64,000 nt of DNA from Octopus sinensis (Eukaryota): NCBI RefSeq assembly GCF_006345805.1, contig NC_043002.1, forward strand, positions 51,584,001 through 51,648,000, read 5' to 3'. The notes under the pieces are model-generated. The model searched no databases. It had not been told where the DNA came from and worked only from the letters and a program-made list of their open reading frames with translations. Positions 63,735 to 64,000 of the stretch are shown in pieces (position 1 is the first letter of the stretch; each line of letters begins with the position of its first letter). A program made the translations under genes and the position numbers.

Positions 63735-64000
63735 TGACAGTTTTGCCTCCTGTTTGGACGGGAGATACCATTATCTGGTTTGTTCTATTAGAAGCAAGTT
63801 CTGCAGCAAACAGAATAACAACAGACACGAAAACATAATATTATGTTAAGCAACTTACAAACACCTCGGAGCAATGAAATTAGAGACTTATTAAGAGATC
63901 TTACAGAACCATTTTCGTATTCTTCCGTAAAGGAAGAGATACTAAAGACGACTTCCAACTCCAAGCAAAAAGAATTTGCTAAGCTGTTCAATAACGAACA
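63735..64000 (+). mobile_element. Ty3/Gypsy gag N-terminal remnant, runs off the window
   Basis: LPPVWTGDTIIWFVLLEA....RIT.D..YYV, frameshift, then NEIRDLL..L.EP.SY..VKEEILK.TS.SKQ.EF..LFN.E. Possible degenerate tRNA-Trp PBS TGGTGACCC at 63423. Confidence 0.75.

Noticed and set aside
63788-63991. Minus-strand ORF or exon at the window end
   Set aside because: The + strand explains the region better as Gypsy gag.

Overview
AT-rich, microsatellite- and transposon-dense metazoan DNA. The SINE and LINE families look like Octopus (cephalopod); this is an inference from recalled repeat families, not a database result. There is no prokaryote-type system and no CRISPR array. Most long ORFs in the track are transposon remnants or microsatellite translations. 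Host gene: short + strand exons of an unidentified gene. Three phase-compatible exons at 3493-3579, 8393-8501 and 9960-10057/10119 are well supported; weaker candidates extend to about 31.5 kb. Retroelements: three SINE families, three CR1-group LINE families, RTE, L1/Tx1-like, R4/Dong-like, Penelope-like (PLE) and a Gypsy gag fragment. DNA transposons: mariner, rosa-like Tc1/mariner, hAT MITEs and non-autonomous Helitrons. Most notable observations: (1) a set of minimal hammerhead-ribozyme motifs in PLE terminal repeats, including a canonical one at 34882-34924 and a recurrent U3-A8 core variant; (2) a ~500-nt intronic foldback just upstream of an exon, containing a frame-preserving cryptic cassette whose two stops are each one A-to-I edit from Trp; (3) a GGATC-ended, 8-bp-TSD MITE family carrying TTAGGG tracts; (4) a near-intact CR1-type LINE inside an end-intact Helitron; (5) a SINE/LINE shared 3' tail with a covarying stem-loop; (6) a five-part same-strand retroelement chain. 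Boundaries given with '~' or for repeat clusters are approximate.
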